The notes beneath the pieces were generated by a model, which was given only the letters and a program-made list of their open reading frames with translations, did no database searches and was not told the DNA's origin. The translations under genes and the position numbers were made by a program. A DNA stretch of 64,000 nucleotides from Camelus ferus (taxonomy: Eukaryota), in contig NC_045697.1 in the NCBI RefSeq assembly GCF_009834535.1, forward strand, positions 40,488,001 through 40,552,000. Reading direction: 5' to 3'. Position 1 is the stretch's first letter. Every line of letters starts with the position of its first letter. Positions 25,211-39,399 of the stretch are shown in pieces.

Positions 25211-27049
25211 TTATTATTGACATTGAGGTTTCTCTATTTCTCTACAGAAAAGGTAATTTTACAGAAAATGTCCTGGCGTCTCACTCTGATATGGTGCACG
25301 TGTTGAGCCTGCTAAGTGAAAGCTCAAAGAGTATTCTTCCGTCTGCTGGTTCTGCGCTCCTTCCTCCAGCCCCCACCTCCTGCGGCTACCCCTTCTGCCA
25401 CCACCTCCTCAGCATGAGTGAAATGCCCACCTCTACTGGGACTGGAGCCCTCCTCTGTTCTGGTGTGGGGGTGGCAACAGGAGCAGATTGGTAGAGAGAA
25501 TGGATGTGGGCACCGAATCAGAGGACAGGGAAATTACAGCAAATTGACATTCACACATGCAGAATGTTTAGAAGATACTGTACTATACCAAGGAGTATTG
25601 CAAAGTAAACTCTATTTCTATCCAAAGTTAAAACACCCTCAGAGTTAGAAAACATGTCAGTTTCTCAGTGATGCATTTAGTCGAAAGTATTACTTCACAC
25701 ATTTTAAGCTAATTCTTGAATCTCTTTTCTACAGAGTACCCTCACACATCAAAGGATGTGTTCTCTGTGGGGGAGACAAGAGTGGGGCAAGGATCAGCTC
25801 CTACAAGAGAAAACCGGTTAGATTTGGCAGGCCAGGGTCTTCACTTGGAGTACTGCCAAAGTGTTCAGTCACAAAGGAAAATTTACCATTCTACCCAGTT
25901 TGTCAGGGCTATAATTATGTCTGTATTTTGTCTAAATTGATGTCTGCTGTGTTTGGGGGGGGCAGAAAGCTATACCATAATCATCTTCAAAGTTTGAAGA
26001 TATGTGATAATTAATGTCACCAACATGCCCACGTTCCCAATCAGGAAGGAACTGATTCATTATTCAGAAATGTTGATGCTGTTTTTAGCAGGCTATATTT
26101 CATCAGTATCTAAAAATCATGTCAGAGGATGAAAATAGTAGAGGGACACAAGATCACAGTGCAAACTTTGACTTAATCAGCACAATATAAAGCCACATTT
26201 CTAAAATGACCCTGATTTGCACTGATGCTGGCAAATCAATAAAGGAAAGTTTTAAACAGTCTTACTACAAAAGAGCAGAAAAGAATGCTCTTTATAAACC
26301 ATTTTTTAAACTTTAAGTTTGAATTACATATTTTAATGACAAAAATAGCCTTATAAAAATAAGAAAACAAACTTCCCTATCTTATAATGAAATACGAGCA
26401 GATTTCTTGAAAAGTCACTGTCAAGATGAGAAGGTTAAAATAGAATTTTGACAGACATCATTCAATGTACCAGTGAATGATGCCAAGAGACCCTACCCAT
26501 CAGTCACTTCATTCAGCTGCTTGGGATACATTTTGCAGAAAATTCAGGCTGGCATTTATTAAGATGCTCTTCTCCCCAGACTCTGAGACATTGTTTCTTT
26601 CATGGATGAGGGTGACAACTGATGTGATTATTCTTCAGATCTTCCTTTGTGGATTTGTCACATTAGAACATGGGACTCTGGGGTCTCCATCAAGTTCTTG
26701 TCCAGGCACTTCTGCATATCCATAGGTAGGCTCTCCTCTGAGGAAAGAGGCTTTCTGCTCTCTGCTGGCATAATTAAGAGGACAGTCCAGATCCTTGATT
26801 TTCTTAAGAATCTTTTTTCTTTACCTTTGTCCCCTCTTAGATAACTAAGGGGTCCAGCTCTTCCATCAGTGATACCCAATAGTTATACTTCAAACCCTAA
26901 ATAGAAGCCTTGGTTTAGAAATGTGGGGCAGATACCTGCTAAATGCCCGGTTGAGGAAATGACACTGAGAACGTCTGAGAAGCATGTTAAATTTCCAGGC
27001 CTCTGAGTTGTTTTATCCTTATAAAAACTGGAGAAAGTAATCCCACTTC

Positions 27050-27290
27050 AACTAATAATAAGTAGACTTGATTGAGAACTTACATGCTAAGCACTAAGAG
27101 CTTTACATGAATTACATAAATTAACTTATTTAATTCTCACAACAATCCCATGAGGGGATTTTTATTTTTATCTTCATTTCACAAATGAGGAAACTGAGGC
27201 ACAGGGAGCTTAAGTGCCTTGTCCAGGACCTGATCTAGTGATTAGTAGAGTCAGGATCCAAACCCAGGCAGAATGGGTGAGAAAACCTGG
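27050..27290 (-). mobile_element. MIR SINE relic
   Basis: acaaatgaggaaactgaggcacagggagcttaagtgccttgtcc. Confidence 0.75.
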
Positions 27291-27884
27291 AGATACAGTC
27301 ATGGCTCAGTCCAATGAAGTCTATAAGGTGCACTTTTTTTCTCTAATTTTTTTGGCTCCATTTTCTGTTCCTATCTTTGTTTTTTCTTTCTTTTATCAAC
27401 TACTTCCAATATCTTGATTATATGTATTTTTGTATGCTCCCTCAGCTCTTTCTCCTTAAGGCAATTCATAAATAAAATACTAATTAGGACTTGTTTCAAA
27501 ATTTTGTTATCTATGATTAACCATAATCATTATTATCCACAAGATGAAACATGTATTTGTTCATAATATTCTGAACTCTAATTGAAAAATATCAAAATTT
27601 AGTCAATGGAAATTGAATGAGATTTGGCCAGATTGGTACCATGTAAAACCAACAGCAATGAATTTCGATGAAATTTAAAAGACGATGTCTTGCCCCTTCC
27701 CCTTCTCTTTCCCAACGTGAAGTCAAAAAGGTGGCTGAAGACATCCAGGCAGCAAAGTGTTTGGGGGCATCCATGGGGAGGCACAGTCCAGCAGGTTTAT
27801 TGGCTGAGGACAATAGCGGGTAGGGAGACTGAGGAGGCCATAGAAGGAAATGACTGGCATGATTGGGAACTGGTTGTTTTGACC

Positions 27885-29345
27885 AAATGAGTAAATAAAT
27901 TGGGGAAAATGAGATCCAAGTTTCTTACTGCCAGAAAAGCTATTCAACATTAAAAGGGGGAAGGCTAGAAAGAACCTTGAGATACTGAATTAAAATCAGA
28001 GGTAAGGATGTGAACTCCTGGTTTTATAATACGTACATACAGATAGGAATGGTTCAGGTGTATATGTGAGTATTTGTATGCACACTTATAAATCTTATTT
28101 CTGACTATTAAGAAAGCCTAGAAGCAATGACACCCCAGTAGTAATAAGTAGACCAAGCACCCAGATCTTGGTTTCTAAATACTATTCTCCTCTAAAGGAA
28201 TCAGAGCTTCCTGGAGAAATAAATACTGAGATAAAAGATGAGCCTGGAATATCTTATATCGGAAAGCATGTAAATATTCAAAGAACATAGGACATATCAA
28301 AGGAGCACAGGAACCAACTTGAAGGGGCTCCCACTGGTCAAAATGGGGACAATTTGAGCATCAAAATAATGATAGTAAAAGATTACAAATCATAATAAAA
28401 TAGGAATCTATGAGTCTATACAGAAATAAAGGAATAGGTAGAGTAGAGGAAAAAAATTTTCCTTGAAAAATGTCAACTATTAAATATAGATAACAGAGAA
28501 CAACCATTTTGCAACCATCACAGAGGAGGTTGATTGAGACAAAACTATCAATGGATGCTAAAACTGGCTGGCAGAGATTGAATGGGGCACAATATCAGAA
28601 TAACTCCCCTCATACATACCCCAAATACTAACCAACTGCAAAGGGGAAATGGTGACTTTATGGTGGAGAAATGTGGTAGGGAACAACATGCCAAGTGGTC
28701 AAGGTTAACACCACCAGAGGTAGGATGGTTGAACATCGTGTTTCCCTGACACGAGGCACTAAGAAGAGCACCACGTCACTTCAGTGGTACCCCTGCCAGC
28801 ATCTCATGGCCAGAGTCTGGTCATAAGAACACATCACATGATCCTCATTCACTGAAGATCATCCTACGGGTATCTAAGGCTCCTACTCTTTAAAACTGTC
28901 AAGTACGTGAAAAAGCAGATAAAGAGTGGGAAACGTTCCAAACTGAAAGTGTCTTAACAGACAAGACAGCTAAATTCAACTCATTTTCCTGGTAGGATCC
29001 TGAATCAAAAGGGTGGGGGAGAGAGATCTGGCGCAATTTGAATGGGGTCTTCAGACAGGTGTCAACCATTTATTTGGAAAGCTAGGGGTTGTTTTTATAT
29101 GTGTCATCACTTTTATGAAATACACACTGGAGTAATTTGGGGGGATGGTACATCATTTCTGCAACTTACTCTCCAAAGATTTCAGAAACAGATGAATGAT
29201 AATGGACTGTGAGTGACACAGCAAGTGCAGGGAAATATTAACACTTGAGGAATCTGGGTGAAAGGGACACAGCAGTTCTTCTATCTGTTCTGGCAACTCT
29301 CCTATAAGTATGGGATTATTTTACAATACGTTTAAATTTTTTAAA
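27885..29345 (+). mobile_element. Old L1MC/MD 3' region
   Basis: ctagaagcaatgacaccccagtag...cacccagatcttggtttctaaatac and terminal aatctgggtgaaaggg...gcaactctcctataag. Confidence 0.75.
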
Positions 29346-30577
29346 GTTAGTACCTTCATTTTATTGATAGAATCTTAAGACAATTTAATGAAAAGCAAAA
29401 CACTCAGAGGATTACATTCATACACACTATTTTAACAAGTGTTTTTCTACCGAAGTGATCAGTGGTGCACAAACACTCCCTGCCACAAAAAGAACCGGCA
29501 GGTCAGACTTCATTTTGTGTGTTTACTTCTTGATATCAAGTCTCTACCTTTGAGGAACATGGTGTGCCTAGTTTTGAAAGACAATGCAAAAATTATAATT
29601 ATCTGTCTATGAAAAATACTGTTTTTATTGGAAGCAGTTTGTGTGATGCCATCTTAAAACATATAAACTAGTGGCATAGAATACAAAAAAGATCCTTTTA
29701 CAACAAGTTGTTCTGGAGCTCAGACATAACAAGTGAAACCATTGTTAAAATACACGATATGAGCCTGCCCTTTCTGTTGACATTAATAGCTTTTCTTATA
29801 CACATTGGCCTCACTACATGATGTCTTCTTCTGTTTTATTTGCTTAAAATGTTGCAATGGTTGAACAGCACTTTATCAAGTTTTATTCATTCATTCATTT
29901 ATCCATTCATCCCTTCGCTGGACAAGAATTCAATGAATTGCTAATATGCTCATAGCAACTTGGAAAGCTTGAAAGTCAGTGAGACTTACAAAGAAGGCGT
30001 GTAACACATTGTTCTTGCCTGTGAGTTATCAGCTTGGCTCAAAATATGCCAGAAATGTGAACCTCCTAGACTTGAGCTGAGGAGAAAGACCAATGATATT
30101 CACTACCTTGACTGTCAGGTTTGCAAGTTATTGGAGACCTCCTGGGATCTGAATGTTTGTGGAATGTGAGTGTTCAAAAAAAAAAAAAATTCCTGAATGG
30201 TCTTTTCTAGTATTAGCAAAAGCATTTTTATTTTTAGATGCTTTTTAAATTTAATTTCAGTATCTCATAAGTTAGGATAACAGTGAGAGTAGAACTGAAA
30301 ATGTATCAGCTCCATAGCACAATGTGCTTGCTTTTTAAAATAGGGAAGAATCAAGCACAGTAGTGTCCCACCACCATTTATGGTGCCTCCCGACCCCTCC
30401 AGTCCCTTCCACACCCACCCAGCCAGTGGTGCACCTGTAATTGGGCAGAAGAGAAAACCCGGTAACAATTGGTACCCCAAGGCTAGGTTGGCAAGGTGCT
30501 GGAGGTCTCTTGGGACCTAGTGAATTTGGAAAATAAGTAAAATGAGAAGGAAGGCTAACCCTGTGAGACACTCCTAG

Positions 30578-31098
30578 TGTGGTCGGCAAAACTTTGGCCC
30601 CTAGAACCTTTGCCTCCCAGTATTACACCCATGAATATGTTACCTTACATGGCAAAAGAGACTTTGCTGGTATAATTAAGGTTATGAATCAGTTGACCTT
30701 AAAATAGGGAGATTATCTTGGATAACTGGATAGGCCCAAGGTAACCACCTGGGCCCTCAAAAGCGGAAAAGGAAGATAGAGAGATTCGAAGCATGAGAAG
30801 CGTGCAATGCACCATTGCTGGCTTGAGGAGGGAGAAGCTACAAGTCAAGGAAGTGGGAACCAGAATCCTACAGCTGTAGGAAACTTGAATTCTGTTCAAT
30901 TCTGCCAACAACATAAATGAGCTTGGAAGTGAATTTTTTCCTAGAGCCTCCAGAAAACCATGCCTCTAACTGCCCGCATTTTGATTTTGGCTTGTAAGAC
31001 TTTAAGCGGGGAATCCAGCCACATCCATAGAATTGTGAGGTAATAATTGGGTGTTGTGAGCCACTAAGTTTGTTACATGACAACAGAAAACTAATACA
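30578..31098 (+). mobile_element. MLT1D/E-like MaLR solo LTR
   Basis: tgtggt...gttaccttacatggcaaaagagactttgc...aaaactaataca. Confidence 0.85.
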
Positions 31099-31569
31099 CT
31101 GGGTGTTGAGGTTGTCATTTTATGTGGTAAAAGTTAATGAAATAGTTAAATTGGAGGTCTAAAAACATGATTATATCCTACTCCTACTGCTGAAAACTGT
31201 ATCAGAATCCAAGAAAAAAACGATGGGGTAAAGAAAATCCTGTGGTTCATGGATGCATTCTCTCCCTGGTACGCATTTCCCAGCTGTTCATGTAACTAAG
31301 GTGAACCCAGGGACTGAGTTCTGGTAAAGGAATGTGGGCAAAAGAGACAAAAGCTCTTCTAACCTGGCCATAATTGTCACATGCAATCTTCCATTTTCTC
31401 TGTCCCCTGTCTACACCCACTGAAACTGAAGGAATCTATAATAGCAGAGCCAGAAGGTAAAGTTGCAAAACTTGCAACTTACTCTCTATTGTCACCAATA
31501 TTTCAAATAAGGAAGGATATTTTAACACCAAATTAATAGGAAAGATTACATTTAAAATTAACCATATTT

Positions 31570-31940
31570 ATTGGCACAAAAACAGACATATGGATCAATC
31601 GAATAGAACAGAACAGAGAGCCCAGAAATAAACCCACACACCTATAGTCAATTAATCTTCAACAAAGGAGGCAAGAATATATAATGGAGAAAAGACAGTC
31701 TCTTCAGCAAGTGGTTTTGGGAAAACTGGATAGCAGCATGTAAATCAATGAAGTTAGAATGCTCCCTCACACTATACACAAAAATAAACTCCAAATGGCT
31801 TAAAGACTTAAATATAAGATAAGACACTATAAACCTCCTAGAAGAAAACATAAGCAAAACATTCTCTGACATAAATCTTAGCAATGTTCTCCTAGGGCAG
31901 TCTACCCAGGCAATGGAAATAAAAGCAAAAATAAACAATT
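31570..31940 (+). mobile_element. Internal L1 ORF2 fragment
   Basis: Homologous to ~46380-46725 of the full-length L1 in this window. Confidence 0.9.
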
Positions 31941-32642
31941 TGTGGTTCAAAAAAAAATTCTTACCTAATTTTATATTATTTTTCTTAAAATTGAAATCCA
32001 AAATTGTACAAACTTATGGCTCCACAAAACCTAGATCACTTCACTTGTCACACTTCTCAGTAACAAATGAACCCACTCTTGTCATTCTCCCAATCCAGCT
32101 GCCCTCCAAACCTGTCAAGTGAAAAGCTGCAGCAACTTTCCTCATAAACCTCTGGGTATTCTGAATACTTGGTCCTGCGTGAGACCAGGGCATTCGTACT
32201 TTTGAAAAGTCCCAGAGGTGATTCTGATGTTTGGCCCAGGCATCTCCTGTGATGCCAGGGATGCCACTCTGTGGGCACTTGCTTTGCAAAGGGTGGGCCA
32301 TCCCTCATTACAGGGTGTGAAATCAGTTTAGTGGATCCCCATCAGCACTGTTTTAATAGGATGGAATGGGTTAGACTGCACCACAAGGTTAGTGGTTTTT
32401 GTCAAACTTCTGTTTTGTTTTGTTTTGTTTTGTTTTGTTTTGATGGCTACAATATCTTCATTGCCCCATGGGCCCCAATTCTTAATAATGTGGTCATTAG
32501 AACTGTCTGTGTTTAACTAATTGTGAACAGCCTGCCTTGCTTATATCTTAAGAAAAACTTGATTACAGGACTTGAGGAAAAAACTTCAGAATAGAAAAAT
32601 TATGAGCTCTCAAAACTTTTTATCCTAAGAGATGGTGATTGT

Positions 32643-32643
<1 letters not shown>

Positions 32644-32677
<34 letters not shown>
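32644..32677. repeat. (TG)n microsatellite
   Basis: Direct reading. Confidence 0.95.
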
Positions 32678-32678
<1 letters not shown>

Positions 32679-34170
32679 CATATCCTGGAAATACTAAAAT
32701 AGCTTTAGAAAAAGGAAAGGAAACTTGAGATTAGAAAAAAATTATTGTTTTACTGTGGAAAGTGGTGGGGAAAGGAAATAGGAGTTTGGAAAAGTTTTCT
32801 TCCATGCAAGCAAAAGTTTCTATCTGTGTACTTGAGAAGGAAGTAACAACCGCAGACGAAAGAACATGGTATGAAGGCAAACGGTGTGACATTTGCAGGG
32901 CACAGAGAGCAGGTTCTGTCTACTCAAAATAAAGTGCTTAAGTTATGCTGTCTGGCAAAGCCCACTGATGTTTGCAATGTGCTTACACCTGGATGCCTGT
33001 TTCCTGGAGCCCCTAAAAATATAAGGACATATTCTATGTGGCACTTAGACTTAGTCATCAACTAACCCTGGACTGTTTTCACTAAGAACCAACTGCCCGT
33101 CAGTTTGGGCAGCAATGAATCATCTTTCTGCCAGGATTCATGAGCTGATAATCTTGAACCTGGAAGATTTTGAAAATTTAAGGTTGCAAGTTTCTTAAAG
33201 CATTTTAACAAGAAACCTTCAAAATGATGGGTCAGTTAGAACTTATACACTTCTCTGTGAGCAAAAGTATTTTCTGTGTTCTAGTGTCACTACTGTTGGA
33301 TGATGTTAGAACCTGATTCTATTAATTGCATTGGTGTTTACTGTATTAAAGCCACAGGCTCAGGAGTCAGACTGCCTTGGTGACAATCCAGCACTGTATT
33401 TGTTAGCTGTCTGAACCACGTGCCTTGGTCTCTCTATTTGTAAATGGGGATACTTATGAATATAACTCATAGAGATATTGTGAACTTTCAATGACATAAT
33501 ACATACAGAGAGCTTAAAATAGTTCCTGGCATTAACAAGCATTCAAAAAGTTAACTTTAAACTCACACACAGAGAAAGATCAAAGAAGAGACTTTCATGC
33601 TAACTCAGCTTTCATCTAACTGTTTTGTCTAGTTTCAGTTTCAATATATTGGAGATAAACAATGTCAGGAAAAACGAGGCCATTATTAAAGAGGATCAAA
33701 AAATAACACAATTATTCTCAAGTTGAGGCACTGAGAATCCTGCCATTTCATTTTAAAAACTACTATTTTTAAACAAGTGCTCTGCTAGGTTTTTTTTTTT
33801 AATTAAATATGTTATCAAATATTTTACTTCTTACTTTGTTAAAATTTTATAACCTGAGATTATGTGAGCTTCTCTAGGATAACCAAACTAGGAATCACTG
33901 TTGTATGTAAGAAATGTCCACCAATGGAGGTAGGTGGGATGGGGTTGGGGGTGTTGGGAGGCAGAATTACTTGGAAAATTTTTTCAAAGTACAATTTACC
34001 ATCCTCCACTCTACTGTTCCTCTAGGTTAAGAACCACCTTCAAAGGAAGGTAAACAACTTAATAGTTGATGTGTTGTAAGTATAATGGCAGTGGCCTCAA
34101 ATTCTACAACTTTAGGAATTCACTTTTCCTATAATTTACCAACTAAGTGAAGCAAACCACACTCTGCATA

Positions 34171-34880
34171 TGATGGGAGACCCAGAGCCTTCTCCAGGGT
34201 TCCCATGATTTGTTGTAAAGGGAACTTATGTTCTCCTATGCTGGGAAACAAGCTGCTGGAAAACAAGCTGCACCTAAATTTCCATGAGCTTAAAATATTA
34301 TATTCATGCTTCCTTGCTTAAAATGCATGTTTGCTTTGTTTTAATGTTTTACGCAGTAGATGACCTAGAGCACGTATTATGCTAAAGAAAATCTGGGGTG
34401 AGCAATCCTGAGATTGACCGTAGGGCAGATATTTCCTTAGGGTGAAACAATGGATAGTCCTGGAAAGCCAGATCATCCATTAACAGAACTTTGTTCTGGC
34501 ATGAAAGCATGTGGTTAAGCCCAGGGGAAATATTTGCTATCTCGAGATGTCCTGAAGGCAGTAACAGGATAGATTTAGAAATTTTGCATACCCTGAGGAG
34601 GGTGATTGTTCCTGGTAGGGATAGGCCTGAAACTAATCAGTTAAACAGCAAGCAGAACTTTGTGCTTATCGCATGGAATATCTAAAGCCCCACCTCTTTG
34701 ATTGCATTTTTTTCTGAGCTGTATACTCCTAATAAATATGATGTCGACCAGGCTTTTGGGACTCTGGGTCCACGAGATCCTGGGTCCCCTGGTCCCATCT
34801 TTGTTCTTTACTTTGTCTCTTTGCTTCTTAAGTCTTGCGTAGCCCGTCCTCACTGTCCCGAGCTGTGCTGGACGCAGCTC
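34171..34880 (+). mobile_element. Probable lineage-specific ERV solo LTR (boundaries uncertain)
   Basis: Starts tgatgggaga, internal ggaaacaagctgc duplication, AATAAA at 34731, pyrimidine-rich U5-like tail, retained CpGs. Confidence 0.55.
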
Positions 34881-35599
34881 TCCTAGGTGCCTGTCACCAG
34901 AAGTCCCTGCTTCTGCAGAACTCTGAATCCCCACTCACTGGCTCCCTTCCTGTGTCTCACCCCACTGTAGCCATCCTGCACTTGCTTTCTCTTTGTTCGC
35001 CCCAAACACTGCTACTATAAATCACCTCTACTTCCGGCTCTCCCTCTCCTCTACTCTACTTCATTTTTTGCCCTAGAATTTGTCATCATCTGGAAAATTG
35101 TACATTGAATTTATGAGGACAGAGACTTGGTCTGTTTGGTTTGCTGCTATATCACTAGTGCTCTCCTCTACTGCAGTAGGCACTCGATAAATAATAAAAA
35201 GACTTATTATTTATTTCACTCTGTAGCAGAATTCTACTGAGGACTTTGGATAATGGAGGTTACTTACACCAGAGTTCAGAACAGGAAACAACTTAATACG
35301 GACTCCTTAGCATCTGTTTTCCAAGCTCCTGGACCATCCCCCCAGGGAATGCCGCCTAAGCCTCTCTCTTTAGGCCATGCTTGTGACTTTCCTGGGGCTC
35401 CTTTCCCCTTCTCTTTCAGACCCCATTTTGTCTTGCCTCCTGTCCCAGGTCCAGGGCTCTTCTTGCTCCCAATGATGACCCAACCAATCAGGAACATTTC
35501 TGCAGTCAAAAGTCCAGTTGTGTTTCCAACAGCAGTGCCTAAAATTTGATTAATCATAATTCATGGTCCATGAAGCAGTGTAACGCTGGTCCAGGCATG

Positions 35600-36830
35600 G
35601 CCTTTATTTTTTTACTTACATATTTGTTTGTTAAACAGTAAATATCTACATATGCCACTTAGCATGAAAATGAGAACATTCATGAGTTCTAACATACACC
35701 TAAGTTCTCCCTATCCTGCACCCTACATCTCTCCACTGGAGTTACTATCTGTCAACTTCTACGATTATTCCCTTAGCCCTTTAGAATGATAATTTTAAAA
35801 TCAAAACTACAATGAGGTATCACCTCACACCAGTCAGAATGGCCGTCATTCAAAAATCCACAAATGACAAATGCTGGAGAGGCTGTGGAGAAAGGGGAAC
35901 CCTCCTACACTGCTGGTGGGAATGCAGTTTGGTGCAGCCACTATGGAAAACAGTGTGGAGATTCCTCAAAAGACTAGGAATAGACTTACCATATGACCCA
36001 GGAATCCCACTCCTGGGCTTGTATCCAGAAGGAAATCTACTTCAGGATGACACCTGCACCCCAGGTGCAGCACTATTCATAGCAGCACTATTTACAATAG
36101 CCAAAACATGGAAACAGCCTAAATGTCCATCAACAGGTGACTGGATAAAGAACAATACAAACATTTCTTAAAAGTACATTGGGTAGATTTACTCATTTGT
36201 AACTTTTTTTTAAAAAAAGGAGAGGGTATTACGGTTGTATCTAATCTTTGGGAGCTTACTTTTTACTCAAATTAAATTTCTAAGATACATTTACACTCTC
36301 TTTTTTTTGCAGTGAAATATTTCATTGTCTGAATGTATAATCATTTATCAGTTCTCCTGTCACTGGGTGTGGGGATTTTCCCTAAGTTTTTGCTTTTTCA
36401 AACAGGAATGCTTCCATGAACACGCTTGTGTATGTCTCCTAATGAATGTGCAAGAATTTCTTTTGAGTATATATTTAAGAGTAAAATTATTTATCATATG
36501 ATGTATGAATCTCCAACTTTAAAAGATAATGCCAAATTACTTTCCAAAGTAGTTGAACCGATTTCTACTCCGATCAGCAAAGTATAGGCTAGTTTATTGA
36601 TCCACATTCTCTCCAGTATTTGATGATATTAGACATCTTCAATTCACTAATGGATTGGGTTTAAAATTATATCTCACTGTGGTCTTCTTATCAGGTTGTA
36701 GATGTTCCTTACATAACTTGCTATCAGTTCTTAGCCACCGTGTTGCAAATATTCTGGTTCCATTTATTTTTTTCACTTTCTTAAAGATATCTTTCAGTTT
36801 ACAGAGGTTTTTAGTTTAATATGTTAAATC
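35600..36830 (-). mobile_element. Old L1M 3' region (host of the young L1 fragment at 35798)
   Basis: gccaaattactttccaaagtagttgaacc...ccacattctctccag, reverse-strand L1 3' motifs. Confidence 0.65.
35798..36151 (+). mobile_element. Young L1 ORF2 fragment, truncated at both ends
   Basis: Identical by eye to 47006-47350 except for a 12-for-3 nt replacement at 36064-36075; no poly(A). Confidence 0.95.
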
Positions 36831-36854
36831 TATTTTATGAGAGAAATGTGCTAT

Positions 36855-37840
36855 CATAAATGTTCAAGGGGTAGCCTTGAAAAGTTAGTGACAAGGAGAA
36901 TCCCCTCAAGTAGGCAGAGCTTCAGGCCATGTTCCTGATCATCCAACCTGTGTGAAGCGAGAAGTGGCCCAAGGTTAGAATGTACATGGACTCAGTGGTA
37001 AATGCTTGGCCAGCTGGCAGGCACCATGCTAGTTTCTTAGAGCTGCTATACAAACTTCCACAAATTGGGTGGCATAAACTTATTCCTTCATACTTCAAAG
37101 AGGCCAGAAGTCTGAAACCAAGGTATCATCAGGGTTGGTTACTGAGGAGGCTCTGAGGAAGAAACCATCCTAAGCCTCTCTCCTGGCTTCTGGTGATTGC
37201 CAGCCATCCTTGGCATTCTTTGGCTTATAGACTCATCACGCCAATCTCCACTTTTATCGTCACGCTGCCTTCTTCCCTGTGTATCTCTCAATGTCCTCTC
37301 CTTATAAGAGCACGTCGTTCAACTTAGGGCCCACCTTGATGTCATCTTAAGACTTTTAACTAGTTACAGCTACGAAGATCCTATTTCCAAATAAGGTCAT
37401 ATTCTGAGGTTCTAGATAGACACAAATTTTTGGGAAAAACTGTAAACCCTCTCTAGGGCTTAAAAGGAGAAAGACTGGACTATTAGGAAAAATGAAGTCC
37501 AGGAAACAGGCATATCATTGGACATGAGAGAACAAGCCTGAAGTATGAAGAGCTTCATAACACATAACAGCCACCCAAGAGGACCAACATGGAAGGGGCT
37601 GCAAACAACCAGGTAGATAAAAATGACTCAGCTAGTCCCTGACCAGCTATGACATCAATCATTCTCTGTCATCAGCCACTCACTGCTAGCACAGTGGGCA
37701 AGTGGGTGAAATAGCTTTGTGTCAGGGAGAGAAGCTGTACATGTGCCCAACATATACTCCCATTCACAAAGGCAGATTTAGCCATTGCTTCTGCCAAATG
37801 TACAACTTGTAAGCAAGAGAGACCAAGCTGTGTGCTCCAT
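36855..37840 (+). mobile_element. ERVL pol (RNase H/integrase) relic, interrupted by a minus-strand MLT1 LTR (~37025-37450)
   Basis: Translated remnants resembling AELQA...EKWPKVRMYMDS and LPFTKADLAIASAKCTTC; MLT1 motifs ctctcctggcttctggtg and ctatttccaaataaggtcatattctgagg. Confidence 0.75.
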
Positions 37841-39399
37841 AAAGCATCTTGTTTACCTCACTCAACAATAAACTGTGGAAATTGCTGAAAATCATTTGGA
37901 GGAGCTCTAATCCATCATTTTTAATAGCCATATAATATTCCATGGCATTCCAAGGCTTTTCCTGCTATGGCCTGCTTTCACATTACAACACCCTATTAAA
38001 TTCCTCTTGTGGTAGGAAGATGGGACAAGGAGCCAAGAGCAATAGACTGGTGAGGACACCTGAGAAGAGCCTGTCTGAGTAGCCCCTCCTGCCCACCAAA
38101 CAACACACTTCCTCTCCTCCTGCTCCAATTTCACATTACATATCTAAATTTAACAGCTCAGAGAAAAACTGAATCTCTTCAGCTGATAAGTTTAATTCTG
38201 GGAATTGAGTTATTTATTTTAAGTCCATTTTTTGGCCACAAGTTAATAAAGCTACTATTCTCCCAAATAAAGGAGGAAAACAGAAACTCTTTGGAGAACT
38301 TTCCAGGAGACTTGGCCATCAGACAGTAGTGCTGCAAAAGTTAGCTGCAAAAACATTCTCAGAGTCACTGTAAGTAGAGGACGGTCAAAAGCAAGCATTC
38401 AAATTCTGGTGTGAAAGTAAAAGTTCATATTGGTCCTTTTGAAGATGACAATATATCCACATATTTTTCTTACTGATAAGCCTCAGCAACTTAAGAAAGA
38501 GAAATGGAGATGGTGAAAGAGACACGCTGGTCTACCTTCCAGCTGTCCACAGAAAAGCAGCTGCTGCTGCAGGATGTCCTTACATGGCATTCGTTTCCTG
38601 TTGTCCCCAAGTGAAGTCTGCCAGGACACACTAGGGCAAGTGGTACTTGCCATTTCCTGGAAGACAACCACAGGCCAACTCTATAATTACTCAGAGGCCC
38701 AGTCTAAGTACCACAGCAGTAATCAGGCCTCAGTCACCGGAAGAAAAGATGTACTGGAGCTCTGGGTAGATCTGTTGGGCATGGAGGGTGAAACCGCACC
38801 TGGTCAGGTCATACCAGGAAGGCTTGGCCCGACAGATGCCATAAGAAACACTTCTACATGAGGTGGTTGATGACCACCTCAAACTGCTCTGCTGTTCAGA
38901 ATATGTGAATGGGGGCAAAACTTCACAGACACGAACAAAGATCTCTTGAATGTTTGGCGATGCAGGTTTATATTGGCAACAAATCCTGTGTTAGGTTAAG
39001 CTAACTAGCTTTGCAGCTGTCTTGTCTTGCCTGATGACTGGATCTCAGAAAAATCACTGCTTTACCAGCTAACTGCTGGTTTTAAATGACTTCTAGGAAG
39101 AATCCACCAACAGTTTCATTTCCCTACAATGCAACAATCAGTATGTTAGCTATGGTTAACAACAGCATCTGTAATTTCATAGCAAACAAACCAATTCTGA
39201 TACCATGTCTAAAATGCATGGCTATGTGTAATCACTTCCCTTGGAAGTTGTAACCCTTTGTTATCATAAGAAATAATCAAATTGCCTTCTAAAGCCCACA
39301 AACTTGTCTTGGTTAAAAACTAAATTATTGTCCATGATTTGATTTTTATTGTCTAAAGAAATTTCTATAAACTTTTAGAAGTGGTTTTCAAAACCAGGA

